A DNA stretch of 64,000 nt from an uncultured Enterobacterales bacterium. Its GTDB lineage: Bacteria > Pseudomonadota > Gammaproteobacteria > Enterobacterales > Succinivibrionaceae. Positions 55,252 through 64,000 of the stretch are shown one piece after another. The notes beneath the pieces were generated by a model. The model was not told the origin of the DNA and made no database searches. It was given only the letters and a program-made list of their open reading frames with translations. The first letter of the stretch is position 1, and each line of letters starts with the position of its first letter. The position numbers and the translations under genes were made by a program. Location: positions 12,655 to 76,654 of the forward strand of contig CAZFNS010000004.1 in the NCBI GenBank assembly GCA_964520475.1. Direction: 5' to 3'.

Positions 55252-57294
55252 CTAGGGGGCGATGCCCGAGTGGCGCAGCAGGGCCTCGGCCGAGGGTTCC
55301 CGGCCGCGGAACTCCCTGAACAGCTCCATGAAGTCCCGGGAGCCGCCGCTGCCGAGGATGATCCGCGCGAAATCCCGCCCGGCCGCGGGGCTGAGGATCC
55401 CTTCCTCCTCGAATCTGCCGAACGCGTCGGCGGACAGCACCTCGGCCCACTTGTAGCTGTAGTAGCCGGCGGAGTAGCCGCCCGCGAAGATATGCAGGAA
55501 GCTGTCCTGGAAGCGGTTGAACGGCGCGACGGGAACGACGCTCACGTCGCGGCGGACCTCGTCGAGGATCTCCTGCGGCGTCTTGCCGTTGCCGCGCTCG
55601 AGGAAGCACCTGAAGTCGAACAGGGCGAACTCGATCTGCCTGAGCATCGCCATGGCCGAATGGTAGTTCCGCGAGGCGACGAGTTTGCCGAGCGTCTCCT
55701 CCGGCAGGGGCTCGCCGGTGTCGACGTGCCCCGAGATCATGGCGAGGACCTCGGGCTGCCAGGTGAAGTTCTCCATGAACTGGCTCGGCACCTCGACGGC
55801 GTCCCAGGGGACGCGGTTTATCCCGGCCAGCTGGCCCGTGTCGACGGCGGTCAGCACGTGATGGAGGGCGTGGCCGAACTCGTGGAACAGGGTCTCGACC
55901 TCGTCGTGGCTCAGGAGGGCCGGCTTGTCCCCCACCGGCGGCTTGAAATTGGCCACGACGCAGGCGACGGGCAGCTGCAGCGCGCCGCCGGGCCGGACGC
56001 GCCGGCCGGAGCAGCCCTCCATCCACGCGCCGCCGCGCTTTTTCTCGCGGGCGTAGAGGTCGGTGTAGAAACCCCCGGCGCGGACGCCGTCCCGGTACAC
56101 GTCGTAATACGCCGCGTCGGGGTGCCAGACGGGAACCCCCGCGCGGGGGCGGATCTCCGCCCCGAACAGCGCGCGCGCGAGCCCGAACAGGCCGTCCAAG
56201 ACCTTGGGCAGCGGGAAATAGGGCCGGATCTCCTCGTCGGTGACGGCGTATCTTTCCTTTTTGAGCTTTTCGCTCAGGTAAGTCAGATCCCAGGGCTCCG
56301 GCTCGTAAGTCACGCGCAGCTTCTTCGCGTACGCGTAAATTTCGGCGGCTTCCCGCCGGCCCTGCTCCCGGCACCGGGCCGCGAGGCCTTCGAGGAACTC
56401 CGTGACCTCGGCGGGCGACCGCGCCATTTTCCGCGCGAGCGACAGGTGCGCCGCCGTGGGGAAGCCGAGCAGTTCGGCCCGCCGGGCGGCGAGGTCGAGC
56501 TCCCGCTCTATGATCCCCGCGTTGTCGAATTTGCCCGCGTCCGGGCCCAGCTCGGAGGCCCGGGTCACGTACGCCTCGTACATCTCCCGGCGCAGCGCCC
56601 GGCAGTCCGCGTGCTTCATGACCGCGAGGTACGACGGCAGCTGCAGCGTCAGGACGTAGCCGCCGAGCCCCCGGCTCCGCGCCTCCCGCTCCGCGAGGGC
56701 GAGATCGGAGGCGGGCAGGCCGGCCAGCTCCGCCGCGTCGGTCACGTGCCTGACGAACGAGCCGGTGGCGTCGAGCACGTTGTTGCTGAATTTCGAGGAA
56801 AGCTCGGCGAGCTCCGCGTCGATGCCGGCGAGGATCTCGCGCTGCTCCGCGGGCAGGGACACCCCGCTCAGCTCGAAATCCTTGAGCTCCTCTGCCACGG
56901 CCCGCCGCCGCTCGGGGGAGAGCCGCGCGAAGCCCTCCGACCGGCTCAGCCTCAGGTAGGCCCCGTACAGATCCCGGTTCTGCCCGAGCCAGGTGTAGAA
57001 AGCGGCGACTTCGGGCAGCAGCTCGTCGTGGATCCGGCGCAGCTCGTCGCCGCTCGTCACGCTGTTCAGGAGCCCTACCGCGTCCCACGCCCGGGAGAGC
57101 CCGTCCAGGCTTTCCTCGATCGGGTCGACCAGGGACTCCCAGGTCGGATCGGCGTCCCCGGCGTTCAGCCCGGCGACCCGGGTCACCGTGTCCCGGCACT
57201 CCCCCAGCAGCCGTCTGATCGCGGGCCCGACGCCCGCGGGATTTATCCTGTCGTATTCCGGAAGCGTTTTCATGTCAAGCAGCGGATCGGTCAT
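55252..57294 (-). CDS. prlC: Oligopeptidase A (M3 family)
   Basis: The product is 680 aa, MTDPLL..., with the zinc motif HEFGHALHH. Length and pattern match E. coli PrlC. Confidence 0.92.
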   Translation of the reverse strand: MTDPLLDMKTLPEYDRINPAGVGPAIRRLLGECRDTVTRVAGLNAGDADPTWESLVDPIEESLDGLSRAWDAVGLLNSVTSGDELRRIHDELLPEVAAFYTWLGQNRDLYGAYLRLSRSEGFARLSPERRRAVAEELKDFELSGVSLPAEQREILAGIDAELAELSSKFSNNVLDATGSFVRHVTDAAELAGLPASDLALAEREARSRGLGGYVLTLQLPSYLAVMKHADCRALRREMYEAYVTRASELGPDAGKFDNAGIIERELDLAARRAELLGFPTAAHLSLARKMARSPAEVTEFLEGLAARCREQGRREAAEIYAYAKKLRVTYEPEPWDLTYLSEKLKKERYAVTDEEIRPYFPLPKVLDGLFGLARALFGAEIRPRAGVPVWHPDAAYYDVYRDGVRAGGFYTDLYAREKKRGGAWMEGCSGRRVRPGGALQLPVACVVANFKPPVGDKPALLSHDEVETLFHEFGHALHHVLTAVDTGQLAGINRVPWDAVEVPSQFMENFTWQPEVLAMISGHVDTGEPLPEETLGKLVASRNYHSAMAMLRQIEFALFDFRCFLERGNGKTPQEILDEVRRDVSVVPVAPFNRFQDSFLHIFAGGYSAGYYSYKWAEVLSADAFGRFEEEGILSPAAGRDFARIILGSGGSRDFMELFREFRGREPSAEALLRHSGIAP

Positions 57295-57599
57295 GCGTTT
57301 CTCCTCCCAAATGTAAGGCCGCGCCGGGCGGCGGCGTTACCGATTATAGCAAACGGGCGCCCGGCGCAAGCGATTTTCGCGGGACCGGGAAGTTTTTCGC
57401 GCGAAACTGTGACGGGCGGCGGCCGCGGGTTCCGCGCCGGAGGGTCAAATATGTTTTGACACAAAACGCGCTTGTGCCTTATTATCACCTCAGAGCCCGC
57501 CGCCGCGGCGGACCGGGCGGCGCGGCGCGCGCAAAAACAACGGAGCCCCGCCGTCAGTATTGATTTTCCATCGGTAATTTTACGGAGGATAAGATTAAC

Positions 57600-58121
57600 A
57601 TGAAAAAGAAAAACATCGCCCTGCTCCTCGCCGGAGCCCTCGCTCTGTCCCTCGCGGGCGCGGCCGACGCCGCTTCCCTCCACTGGTACGAGCAGATCAA
57701 CCTCAAGGTCGACTTCGACTGGGACGACGGGCAGCTCGACGTCGATCTCGAGGGCCCGCTCTCGCAGTTCGTCTCCTTCGACGGCGTGCCGCAGAGCAAC
57801 GAGCAGAACGGCGAGCTGACGGCCGCCCAGAACACGCTCTACAACCCGGCGAACATTTTCTCGCTCAACCCGGAGGCCCAGTGCACCGTGACCGACATGG
57901 AGGTCAAGCCCGACTTCCACTACGGCAAGCGCTTCCACAAGCCTTCCGAGATGGAAGCCGACGTCGAGCTGGCCTGCCGCGATCTTTCCGCCGTCAAGCG
58001 CCTCAACGTGGAGCTGTTCAAGCACTTCCCCGGCATCAAGCAGGTCAACGTGATCGTGGAGGGCACTTTCGGCAACAAGCTGCTCACCGTCACTCCCCAG
58101 AGCAGTTCGGTGGACTTCTAG
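57600..58121 (+). CDS. Secreted/periplasmic protein, DUF2796 (ZrgA-like) family resemblance
   Basis: The product is 173 aa with the signal peptide MKKKNIALLLAGALALSLAGAADA and a GGAGGA Shine-Dalgarno sequence. The C-terminal pattern ...EADVELACRDLSAVKRLNVELFKHFPGIKQVNVIV... fits my recollection of DUF2796. The family assignment is tentative. Confidence 0.55.
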   Translation: MKKKNIALLLAGALALSLAGAADAASLHWYEQINLKVDFDWDDGQLDVDLEGPLSQFVSFDGVPQSNEQNGELTAAQNTLYNPANIFSLNPEAQCTVTDMEVKPDFHYGKRFHKPSEMEADVELACRDLSAVKRLNVELFKHFPGIKQVNVIVEGTFGNKLLTVTPQSSSVDF

Positions 58122-58224
58122 CGAACCGCCCGAACCCCGCCGCCCGGACGCCGTCCGCGGCGGCTTTTTTCCCCGCCGGACGCCGCGCGCGCCCGGCTCC
58201 TTTCCTTTACAGAGAAGCACCGGT

Positions 58225-60189
58225 ATGAACGACGATCAGAACTACAGCGATCAGAACGGCCCGGAAACCGGCGCGTCGGACTCTCTGCACTACAGCCGCC
58301 TGGACCGGCTGAGACAGCAGCTCCGCCGCGCGGATCTGGCGGCGCTGATCATCAGCCACGACGACGAGCACCTGAGCGAGCGGCTCCCGCCCGGGCGCGA
58401 GCGCCTCGCGTTCATATCGGGCTTCACCGGCTCGGCGGGCGCCGCCGTCGTGCTCGCCGACGAATACGCCATCGGGAAGCTCAGGGACAAAACCGCGGAA
58501 ACCGACGACGGCCCGGCCGCCCTCGCCGCGCCCGCCGCGCTCTTCACGGACGGCAGGTACACGGCGCAGGCGCGCATCCAGACCGACCCGAAGCTCTTCG
58601 ACGTTTTCCATTCCGGCCGGGTGAAGATCTCCGCCTGGCTCGCCGCCGTGCTCGGCCCCGGCTCGAACGTGGGCGTCGACGCCAGATGCGTGAGCTACAG
58701 CGCCTTCAGGAAGACGGCCGCCGAGCTGAAGAGCCGCGGCCTCAATCTCACGCCCACCGCGGCCAACCTGGTCGACGAGATCTGGACCGACCGCCCCGAT
58801 CCCGGCCGGCTGCCGGCGCGGATTTTCGACGATCGCCGCAACGGCAACCCCAGCATCGAGAAAAGAACCATGATCGCGCGGCTGCTCAAGGAGCGCGGCG
58901 CCGACGTCACCGTAATCGCCGGCAGCGAGTCGGTGAACTGGCTGCTGAACGTGCGCGGGCGGGACGTGCCCGGGCTGCCCGTGGTCAACTCCTTCGCGGC
59001 GGTCTACAGCTGCGAGGAGGTCGAGTGGTACGTCGACCTGCGGAAGATTCCCGAGGAGAAGATCTCCGATTTCCAGCACCATTTCGGGCACGTCACCTAC
59101 ATGGAGGAGAGCAGCCTGAAGGACCTGTTCGCCCGCCTGGCCAAAAACAAATACACCGTGTACATCGACGACCGCTCGACCAACGCCTGGATCATCTCCA
59201 GCCTGATCGACGCGGGGGTGCCGGTGATCTTCGGCCCCGACCTGTGCGAGCTGCCCAAGGCCCGCAAGAACCCCGCGGAGCTCCGGGGCATGAAGCGCTG
59301 CCACCACCGCGACGCGGTGGCCGTGTGCCGCTTCCTCGCCTGGTTCGACCATCTTACGGAAGGCCTGATCTCGGGGGACATCAAACCCAAGGCCGAGGAG
59401 ATCGTCCGCTCCCACAACGAGGCGACGCTCAGCGAGCAGCTGTTCCGGTTCCGCTCGGAGCAGGACGGGTTCATCGAGAACAGCTTCGACACCATTTCCG
59501 CGCTCGGCCCGGACGCGGCGATCATCCACTACAACCACGCCACCCTGAACCGCCCCCGCGGCCTGGGCCGGGATCCGCTCTACCTCGTGGACAGCGGCGG
59601 GCAGTACGACGACGGCACCACCGACATAACGCGGACCGTGCTGGCCGGCCCGGGGCTGACCGAGGACATGAAGACGACCTTCACCCTGGTGCTCAAGGGC
59701 ATGATCGCCCTCCACCGCGTGAAATTCCCCCGGGGAACCTTCGGCGGGGCCCTGGACAGCCTGGCCCGGGCCCCGCTGTGGCAGCACGGGCTCAACTACG
59801 ATCACGGCACGGGCCACGGCGTGGGCCACTGCCTCAACGTGCACGAGGGCCCGCAGTCCATCTCCTGGCGCGCCGGCCAGACCCCGCTCGAGGAGGGGAT
59901 GGTCACGTCCATCGAACCGGGCTGCTACGTCGAAAACGAATACGGCGTCAGATGCGAGAATCTCTGCGTGGTGGAAAACGTGCAGGACAGTCAAATTCAC
60001 GCCGATATGCTTGCTTTTATCCCCCTCACTTATGTACCATTTGACATCAGGCTCATAAGGAAGGATCTGCTTACCGACGGGGAAAGGAACTGGATAAACG
60101 ACTACCACCTGAAGGTAAGGGAAATCGTTAGGGAACATCTGAGCGACATGGAAATAAACTGGCTGCTCAAGGCGACGGCGGCGATTTGA
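58225..60189 (+). CDS. Long-form Xaa-Pro aminopeptidase (M24B, aminopeptidase P family)
   Basis: The product is 654 aa. It has creatinase-like N-domains followed by the pita-bread core ...VDSGGQY.DGTTDITRT..., HGTGHGVGHCLNVHEGP and EPGCY. Confidence 0.85.
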   Translation: MNDDQNYSDQNGPETGASDSLHYSRLDRLRQQLRRADLAALIISHDDEHLSERLPPGRERLAFISGFTGSAGAAVVLADEYAIGKLRDKTAETDDGPAALAAPAALFTDGRYTAQARIQTDPKLFDVFHSGRVKISAWLAAVLGPGSNVGVDARCVSYSAFRKTAAELKSRGLNLTPTAANLVDEIWTDRPDPGRLPARIFDDRRNGNPSIEKRTMIARLLKERGADVTVIAGSESVNWLLNVRGRDVPGLPVVNSFAAVYSCEEVEWYVDLRKIPEEKISDFQHHFGHVTYMEESSLKDLFARLAKNKYTVYIDDRSTNAWIISSLIDAGVPVIFGPDLCELPKARKNPAELRGMKRCHHRDAVAVCRFLAWFDHLTEGLISGDIKPKAEEIVRSHNEATLSEQLFRFRSEQDGFIENSFDTISALGPDAAIIHYNHATLNRPRGLGRDPLYLVDSGGQYDDGTTDITRTVLAGPGLTEDMKTTFTLVLKGMIALHRVKFPRGTFGGALDSLARAPLWQHGLNYDHGTGHGVGHCLNVHEGPQSISWRAGQTPLEEGMVTSIEPGCYVENEYGVRCENLCVVENVQDSQIHADMLAFIPLTYVPFDIRLIRKDLLTDGERNWINDYHLKVREIVREHLSDMEINWLLKATAAI

Positions 60190-60191
60190 CG

Positions 60192-61562
60192 ATGAAGATA
60201 CTGAAAAAGATAACCCGGCAGCCCGGCCCGGCCGGATCCCCGCTCGACGCTCTGCCCGGGATCCCCGTGGACGCCGGCGGCTACGCGATTCTCGAGGATC
60301 CGCGGCTGTTCCGGGAAAGGCTGCTGGCGCTCATCGGCGGCGCGACGACCCGCGTCTGCATCTGCGCCCTGTACTGGCAGAACGACGAAACGGGCCGGGA
60401 GGTCATGGACGCGCTGCGCGCGGCCATGCGGCGCAATCCCGATCTGGCCGTGCGCGTCTTCGTGGACTACCACCGCGCGCGGAGGGGTCTGATCGGCAAG
60501 TCCGGGCAGGCCGTGAACAGCGACTGGTACCGGGAGCTGGCGGCGGACGGCGGCGTCCGCGCGCCCGTCTTCGGCGTGCCCGTCAAAACGCGCGAGGTGT
60601 TCGGGGTGTTCCACCTCAAGGGCTTCGTCATCGACGACACCGTGCTTTACAGCGGCGCCAGCATCAACAACGTTTATCTGCACCGCGGCGACCGCTACCG
60701 CATCGACCGCTACCACGAGATCCGGTCGCGCGAGCTGGCCGACGCCATGTACGGCTACTGCCTGGGCGTGCTGGGGCGCGACCGCGCCGTCCGCGATTTC
60801 GCGGCGGGCGATCTCCCCGGGGGCAAGGAGTTCCGGCAGGAAATCAGAAAGAACCGCCGCGGCCTGAGCGGCGCCGCGTACCGCTTCGCGGGCGGCGTTC
60901 CGGGCGCCGGCCAGGTGACCGTCACCCCGCTCGCGGGTCTCGGCAAGAAAAACAACCTCCTGAACGAGACCGTCATCGACCTCATCGAGTCGGCGCGGGA
61001 AGAGCTCACCGTCTTCACCCCGTACTTCAACTTCCCCGGCCGGATCCTCAAAGCCATAAACCGGGCGCTGAAGCGGGGCGTGCGCGTCACCGTCACGGCC
61101 GGCGACAAAACCGCCAACGACTTCTACATCCGCGAAGGCGAGGAGTACAACAAGATCGGGGCGGTGCCGTACATTTACGAAATGAACCTGGCCGCCTTCA
61201 CCGCCGCCCATCAGCAGGAGATCGGCGAGGGCCTGCTGACGGTCAGGCTGTGGAAGGACGGCCTGAACACCTTCCACGTCAAAGGCTTGTCCGCGGACGG
61301 GCGCCGCCACCTCATCACCGGAAACAACCTGAACCCGCGGGCCTGGGGCCTCGATCTGGAAAACGGCCTGCTCGTCCGCGACCCGGACCGCCTGCTGCTG
61401 GACAAAATCGTCCATGAGCGGAACCGGCTCTACGAGCACACCGCGACGCTGACCGGGCCGGACCAGCTGCAGTCGCTCGCCGACTACCCCGAGGAATACC
61501 GCAAGGTAATCGTCAAAATCAAGAAATTCGGGGCCCAGTGGCTGCTAAGGAAGCTTTTGTAG
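60192..61562 (+). CDS. pssA: CDP-diacylglycerol--serine O-phosphatidyltransferase (PLD-type)
   Basis: The track start is the TTG at 60186, and the ATG at 60192 was preferred. The protein is colinear with E. coli PssA. Shared segments are VFVDYHRARRGLIG, HLKGFVIDDTVLYSGASINNVYLH, GDKTANDFYI, TFHVKGL...LITGNNLNPRAWGLDLENG. Confidence 0.92.
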   Translation: MKILKKITRQPGPAGSPLDALPGIPVDAGGYAILEDPRLFRERLLALIGGATTRVCICALYWQNDETGREVMDALRAAMRRNPDLAVRVFVDYHRARRGLIGKSGQAVNSDWYRELAADGGVRAPVFGVPVKTREVFGVFHLKGFVIDDTVLYSGASINNVYLHRGDRYRIDRYHEIRSRELADAMYGYCLGVLGRDRAVRDFAAGDLPGGKEFRQEIRKNRRGLSGAAYRFAGGVPGAGQVTVTPLAGLGKKNNLLNETVIDLIESAREELTVFTPYFNFPGRILKAINRALKRGVRVTVTAGDKTANDFYIREGEEYNKIGAVPYIYEMNLAAFTAAHQQEIGEGLLTVRLWKDGLNTFHVKGLSADGRRHLITGNNLNPRAWGLDLENGLLVRDPDRLLLDKIVHERNRLYEHTATLTGPDQLQSLADYPEEYRKVIVKIKKFGAQWLLRKLL

Positions 61563-61602
61563 ACCGGCCGGAGACGGCTCCGGCGGACGGTCGCGCGCGC
61601 GT

Positions 61603-63663
61603 ATGGACATATCTCAGATCCCGGTAAGCGCCATCAGGGGCGTCACCTCCAGGCAGGTCGCCGCGCTGCGGAAGACCGGCGTCCTGACGGTCATGGACCT
61701 GCTGCTCCGCTTCCCCGTTTCCTACCTCGACCGGACCAGGCTCACCCCCATGGGGGAGCTGGCGCCGGATCGCGTCGCCAGCGTCCGGGGGATCATAGTT
61801 TCCCGGCGCCAGGGCCGGAACAGCCAGCTTTACCTGACCCTGGCCGACGACACGGGCCGCCTCAACGTGACCATGTTCAACTGCCCGGTCTTCATGAGCC
61901 GGGAGCTCGCGCCGGGCGCCGTCGTCACCTGCCACGGCAGGGTCGGCGTTTTCCAGAACGCCCTGCAGATGGCCAACCCCGAGCTCGACTTCAAAAATTC
62001 CCCGCCCCCCGCGGGCTACACCCCTAACTACCGGCTCACCCGGGGCATCAGCATGCAGTCCATGCGCAACCTGGTCGCGAAGGCGCTCGATCTCGCCGCC
62101 GCCGCGGATGCCTGCGCCGAGCTCGTCCCCGCCGAGCTCAACGAAACCGGCCTCACCCTCGCCGAGGCGCTCCGGAAGGTCCACGCCCCGGATCTGGACA
62201 CCCCGCTCGACGAGCTCGCGCGCTGCGAGGCCCCCGCGCAGCAGCGGGTGATCCGCGAGGAGCTGATCGCCCAGCAGCTGTCCGTCCTGACCCTCAAGGA
62301 GCAGAACCGCCGGCTGAACGGCATCCCGCTCCCCCCGGCGCCGGACCTGACCGCGAAATTAATCGCCTCCCTGCCCTTCGAGCCGACCGGCGCGCAGCTG
62401 CGCGTTTTCGGCGAGATCAGCCGGGACATGTCCGGAGCCCGGCCCATGAGCCGGCTGGTGCAGGGCGACGTCGGCTGCGGCAAAACCCTGGTGGCGGTGC
62501 TCGCGGCGCTGCAGGCGGCGGCCGCCGGCTTCCAGACCGCCATCATGGCCCCGACCGGCATCCTCGCCGAGCAGCACTACGCGGGCGTCAAAGACCTGCT
62601 CGCGCCCCTCGGCGTCGGCGCGGCCCTGCTCACGGGGGGCCAGAAGGCCGCCGAAAAGAAGCGGCAGCTCAAACTGATCGCGGACGGGGAAGCCCTGATC
62701 GCGGTCGGCACCCACGCGATCTTCCAGGAGGCGGTCGCCTTCGCCAATCTGGGCCTCGTCGTCATCGACGAGCAGCACCGCTTCGGCGTGGAGCAGCGGA
62801 TGAGGCTGCGGGACAAGCGCGCCGCCGGCGGCCGGATGCCGCACATCCTGGCCATGACCGCCACCCCCATCCCGCGCACCCTGGCGCAGACGATCTACGC
62901 GGACATGAGCGTGTCGGTGATCGACGAGATGCCGCGGGGCCGGATCCCGGTCACTACCTACCGGCTGGACGAGAGCTACCGGGACAAGACCATCGACCAG
63001 ATCGGCGCGCGGTGCGCGGAACCCGGCGGGAAGCAGGTCTACTGGATCTGCCCCCTGGTGAGCGAATCGGATTTCATGGAGTCGCAGGACGCCGTCAACG
63101 CCCGGGATTACATCGCGCGGCGGCTGCCCCGCCTGAAAGTCGGGCTGATGCACGGGCAGATGAAGGCGGCGGAAAAAGACGAGGTGATGCGCGCCTTCAG
63201 GAACGGGGAGATCCAGGTGCTGGTCGCCACCTCGGTCATCGAGGTGGGCGTCGACGTGCCCAACGCCTACCTGATCGTCATCGAAAACGCCGAAAGATAC
63301 GGCCTCGCGCAGCTCCACCAGCTGCGGGGACGGGTGGGCCGGGGCTCCATCCCCTCCTTCTGCGAGCTGCTCCACTCCAAAAACATCAGCCCGGTCGGCG
63401 CCGAGCGTCTCGACACGCTGTGCCGCAGCACCGACGGCTTCGTCATAGCGCAGAAGGATCTCGAGCTCCGCGGCCCCGGCGATCTGCTCGGCACCCGGCA
63501 GACGGGCGCGGTCAGCTACCGGGTGGCCGATCCGGTGCGGGACTTCCCGTGCCTGGATCGGTGCGCCGCGGCGGCCGGCGAAATCTACGCGAGCCGCCCG
63601 GAGCTCCGGGACCGCCTCATCCGGAGATGGTTCCCCGACTGCGGGGACGCCGGCGCCATGTAG
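61603..63663 (+). CDS. recG: ATP-dependent DNA helicase RecG
   Basis: The product is 686 aa. It has a wedge domain, then Walker A GDVGCGKT, DEQHRFGV, the TATPIPRT motif and QLHQLRGRVGRG. Confidence 0.95.
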   Translation: MDISQIPVSAIRGVTSRQVAALRKTGVLTVMDLLLRFPVSYLDRTRLTPMGELAPDRVASVRGIIVSRRQGRNSQLYLTLADDTGRLNVTMFNCPVFMSRELAPGAVVTCHGRVGVFQNALQMANPELDFKNSPPPAGYTPNYRLTRGISMQSMRNLVAKALDLAAAADACAELVPAELNETGLTLAEALRKVHAPDLDTPLDELARCEAPAQQRVIREELIAQQLSVLTLKEQNRRLNGIPLPPAPDLTAKLIASLPFEPTGAQLRVFGEISRDMSGARPMSRLVQGDVGCGKTLVAVLAALQAAAAGFQTAIMAPTGILAEQHYAGVKDLLAPLGVGAALLTGGQKAAEKKRQLKLIADGEALIAVGTHAIFQEAVAFANLGLVVIDEQHRFGVEQRMRLRDKRAAGGRMPHILAMTATPIPRTLAQTIYADMSVSVIDEMPRGRIPVTTYRLDESYRDKTIDQIGARCAEPGGKQVYWICPLVSESDFMESQDAVNARDYIARRLPRLKVGLMHGQMKAAEKDEVMRAFRNGEIQVLVATSVIEVGVDVPNAYLIVIENAERYGLAQLHQLRGRVGRGSIPSFCELLHSKNISPVGAERLDTLCRSTDGFVIAQKDLELRGPGDLLGTRQTGAVSYRVADPVRDFPCLDRCAAAAGEIYASRPELRDRLIRRWFPDCGDAGAM

Positions 63664-63688
63664 CGCCCGGCCGCCGCGCCCTCCGGGG

Positions 63689-64000
63689 TCAGTCCCCGCC
63701 GTTCTTCCCTTTTTTGTACATGGAGAGCCCCGCCGAGATCTCGGCGCCCAGCAGCACTATGTACCAGTTCACGTACGTCCACACCATCAGGAGCGGCAGG
63801 GCCGCGACGGCGCCGTAAATGATGGTGTAGCTGGTGAAGTTCGTGATGTAGTAGGTGAAGCACCGCCGGATGACTTCCTGGATCGCCGCCGAGAACAGCG
63901 CCCCCGCCGCGGCGTGGCCGAAGTTGACCTTGGTGCACGGCACCGCCGTGAACAGCAGGGTGAAGATGACGAAGGACAGGAAGCACGGGATCATCTTCAT
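63689..64000 (-). CDS. yihY: YihY/BrkB-family membrane protein, C-terminal part (gene start beyond window end)
   Basis: The sequence ...[42 protein letters not shown]... parallels E. coli YihY ...[40 protein letters not shown]. Confidence 0.8.
   Translation of the reverse strand: [103 protein letters not shown]

Overview
This is a GC-rich chromosomal core segment (roughly two-thirds G+C by eye). The gene order is gammaproteobacterial and resembles Enterobacterales, Vibrionales or Aeromonadales. All calls come from reading the supplied translations and raw sequence and recognising families from memory. No searches were run. The ORF track accepts GTG and TTG as starts and always reports the longest frame, so many starts were moved to the first plausible ATG/GTG/TTG with a Shine-Dalgarno sequence or an E. 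coli-like N-terminus.

Content, left to right:
- fusA' (partial), rpsG, rpsL, tusBCD and ridA.
- rplLJAK, nusG, secE, tuf, tRNA-Gly and tRNA-Tyr.
- coaA, birA, murB, murA and mlaBCDEF.
- One giant solo Upf1-like helicase gene.
- kdsC, lptCAB, rpoN, hpf and ptsN.
- rpoH, ftsXEY and rsmD.
- One giant Sel1-repeat gene.
- rsmJ, aroE, tsaC, purE and a TsaP-like LysM gene.
- def, fmt, rsmB, trkA and trkH.
- rluA, potIHGF, mltF, yfcZ, menA, rnb and prlC.
- A DUF2796-like gene, a long aminopeptidase P, pssA, recG and yihY' (partial).

I saw no transposase, integrase, CRISPR array, rRNA or obvious prophage.

The most interesting object is the ~1,710-codon helicase at 16166-21301. It combines a DUF4011-like region, an SF1B helicase and a nuclease-fold tail. 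It sits alone where yrbG-kdsD normally lie between mlaF and kdsC, and it is a candidate uncharacterised single-gene nucleic-acid surveillance or defence factor.

Secondary points of interest:
- A ~1,020-aa Sel1-repeat protein with no signal peptide sits at the end of a housekeeping operon.
- rpoBC is absent after rplL.
- The rluA and trkH coding regions overlap convergently by 102 nt.
- Several structured intergenic elements are present.

The very long stop-free frames antisense to real genes are treated as GC-bias artefacts.
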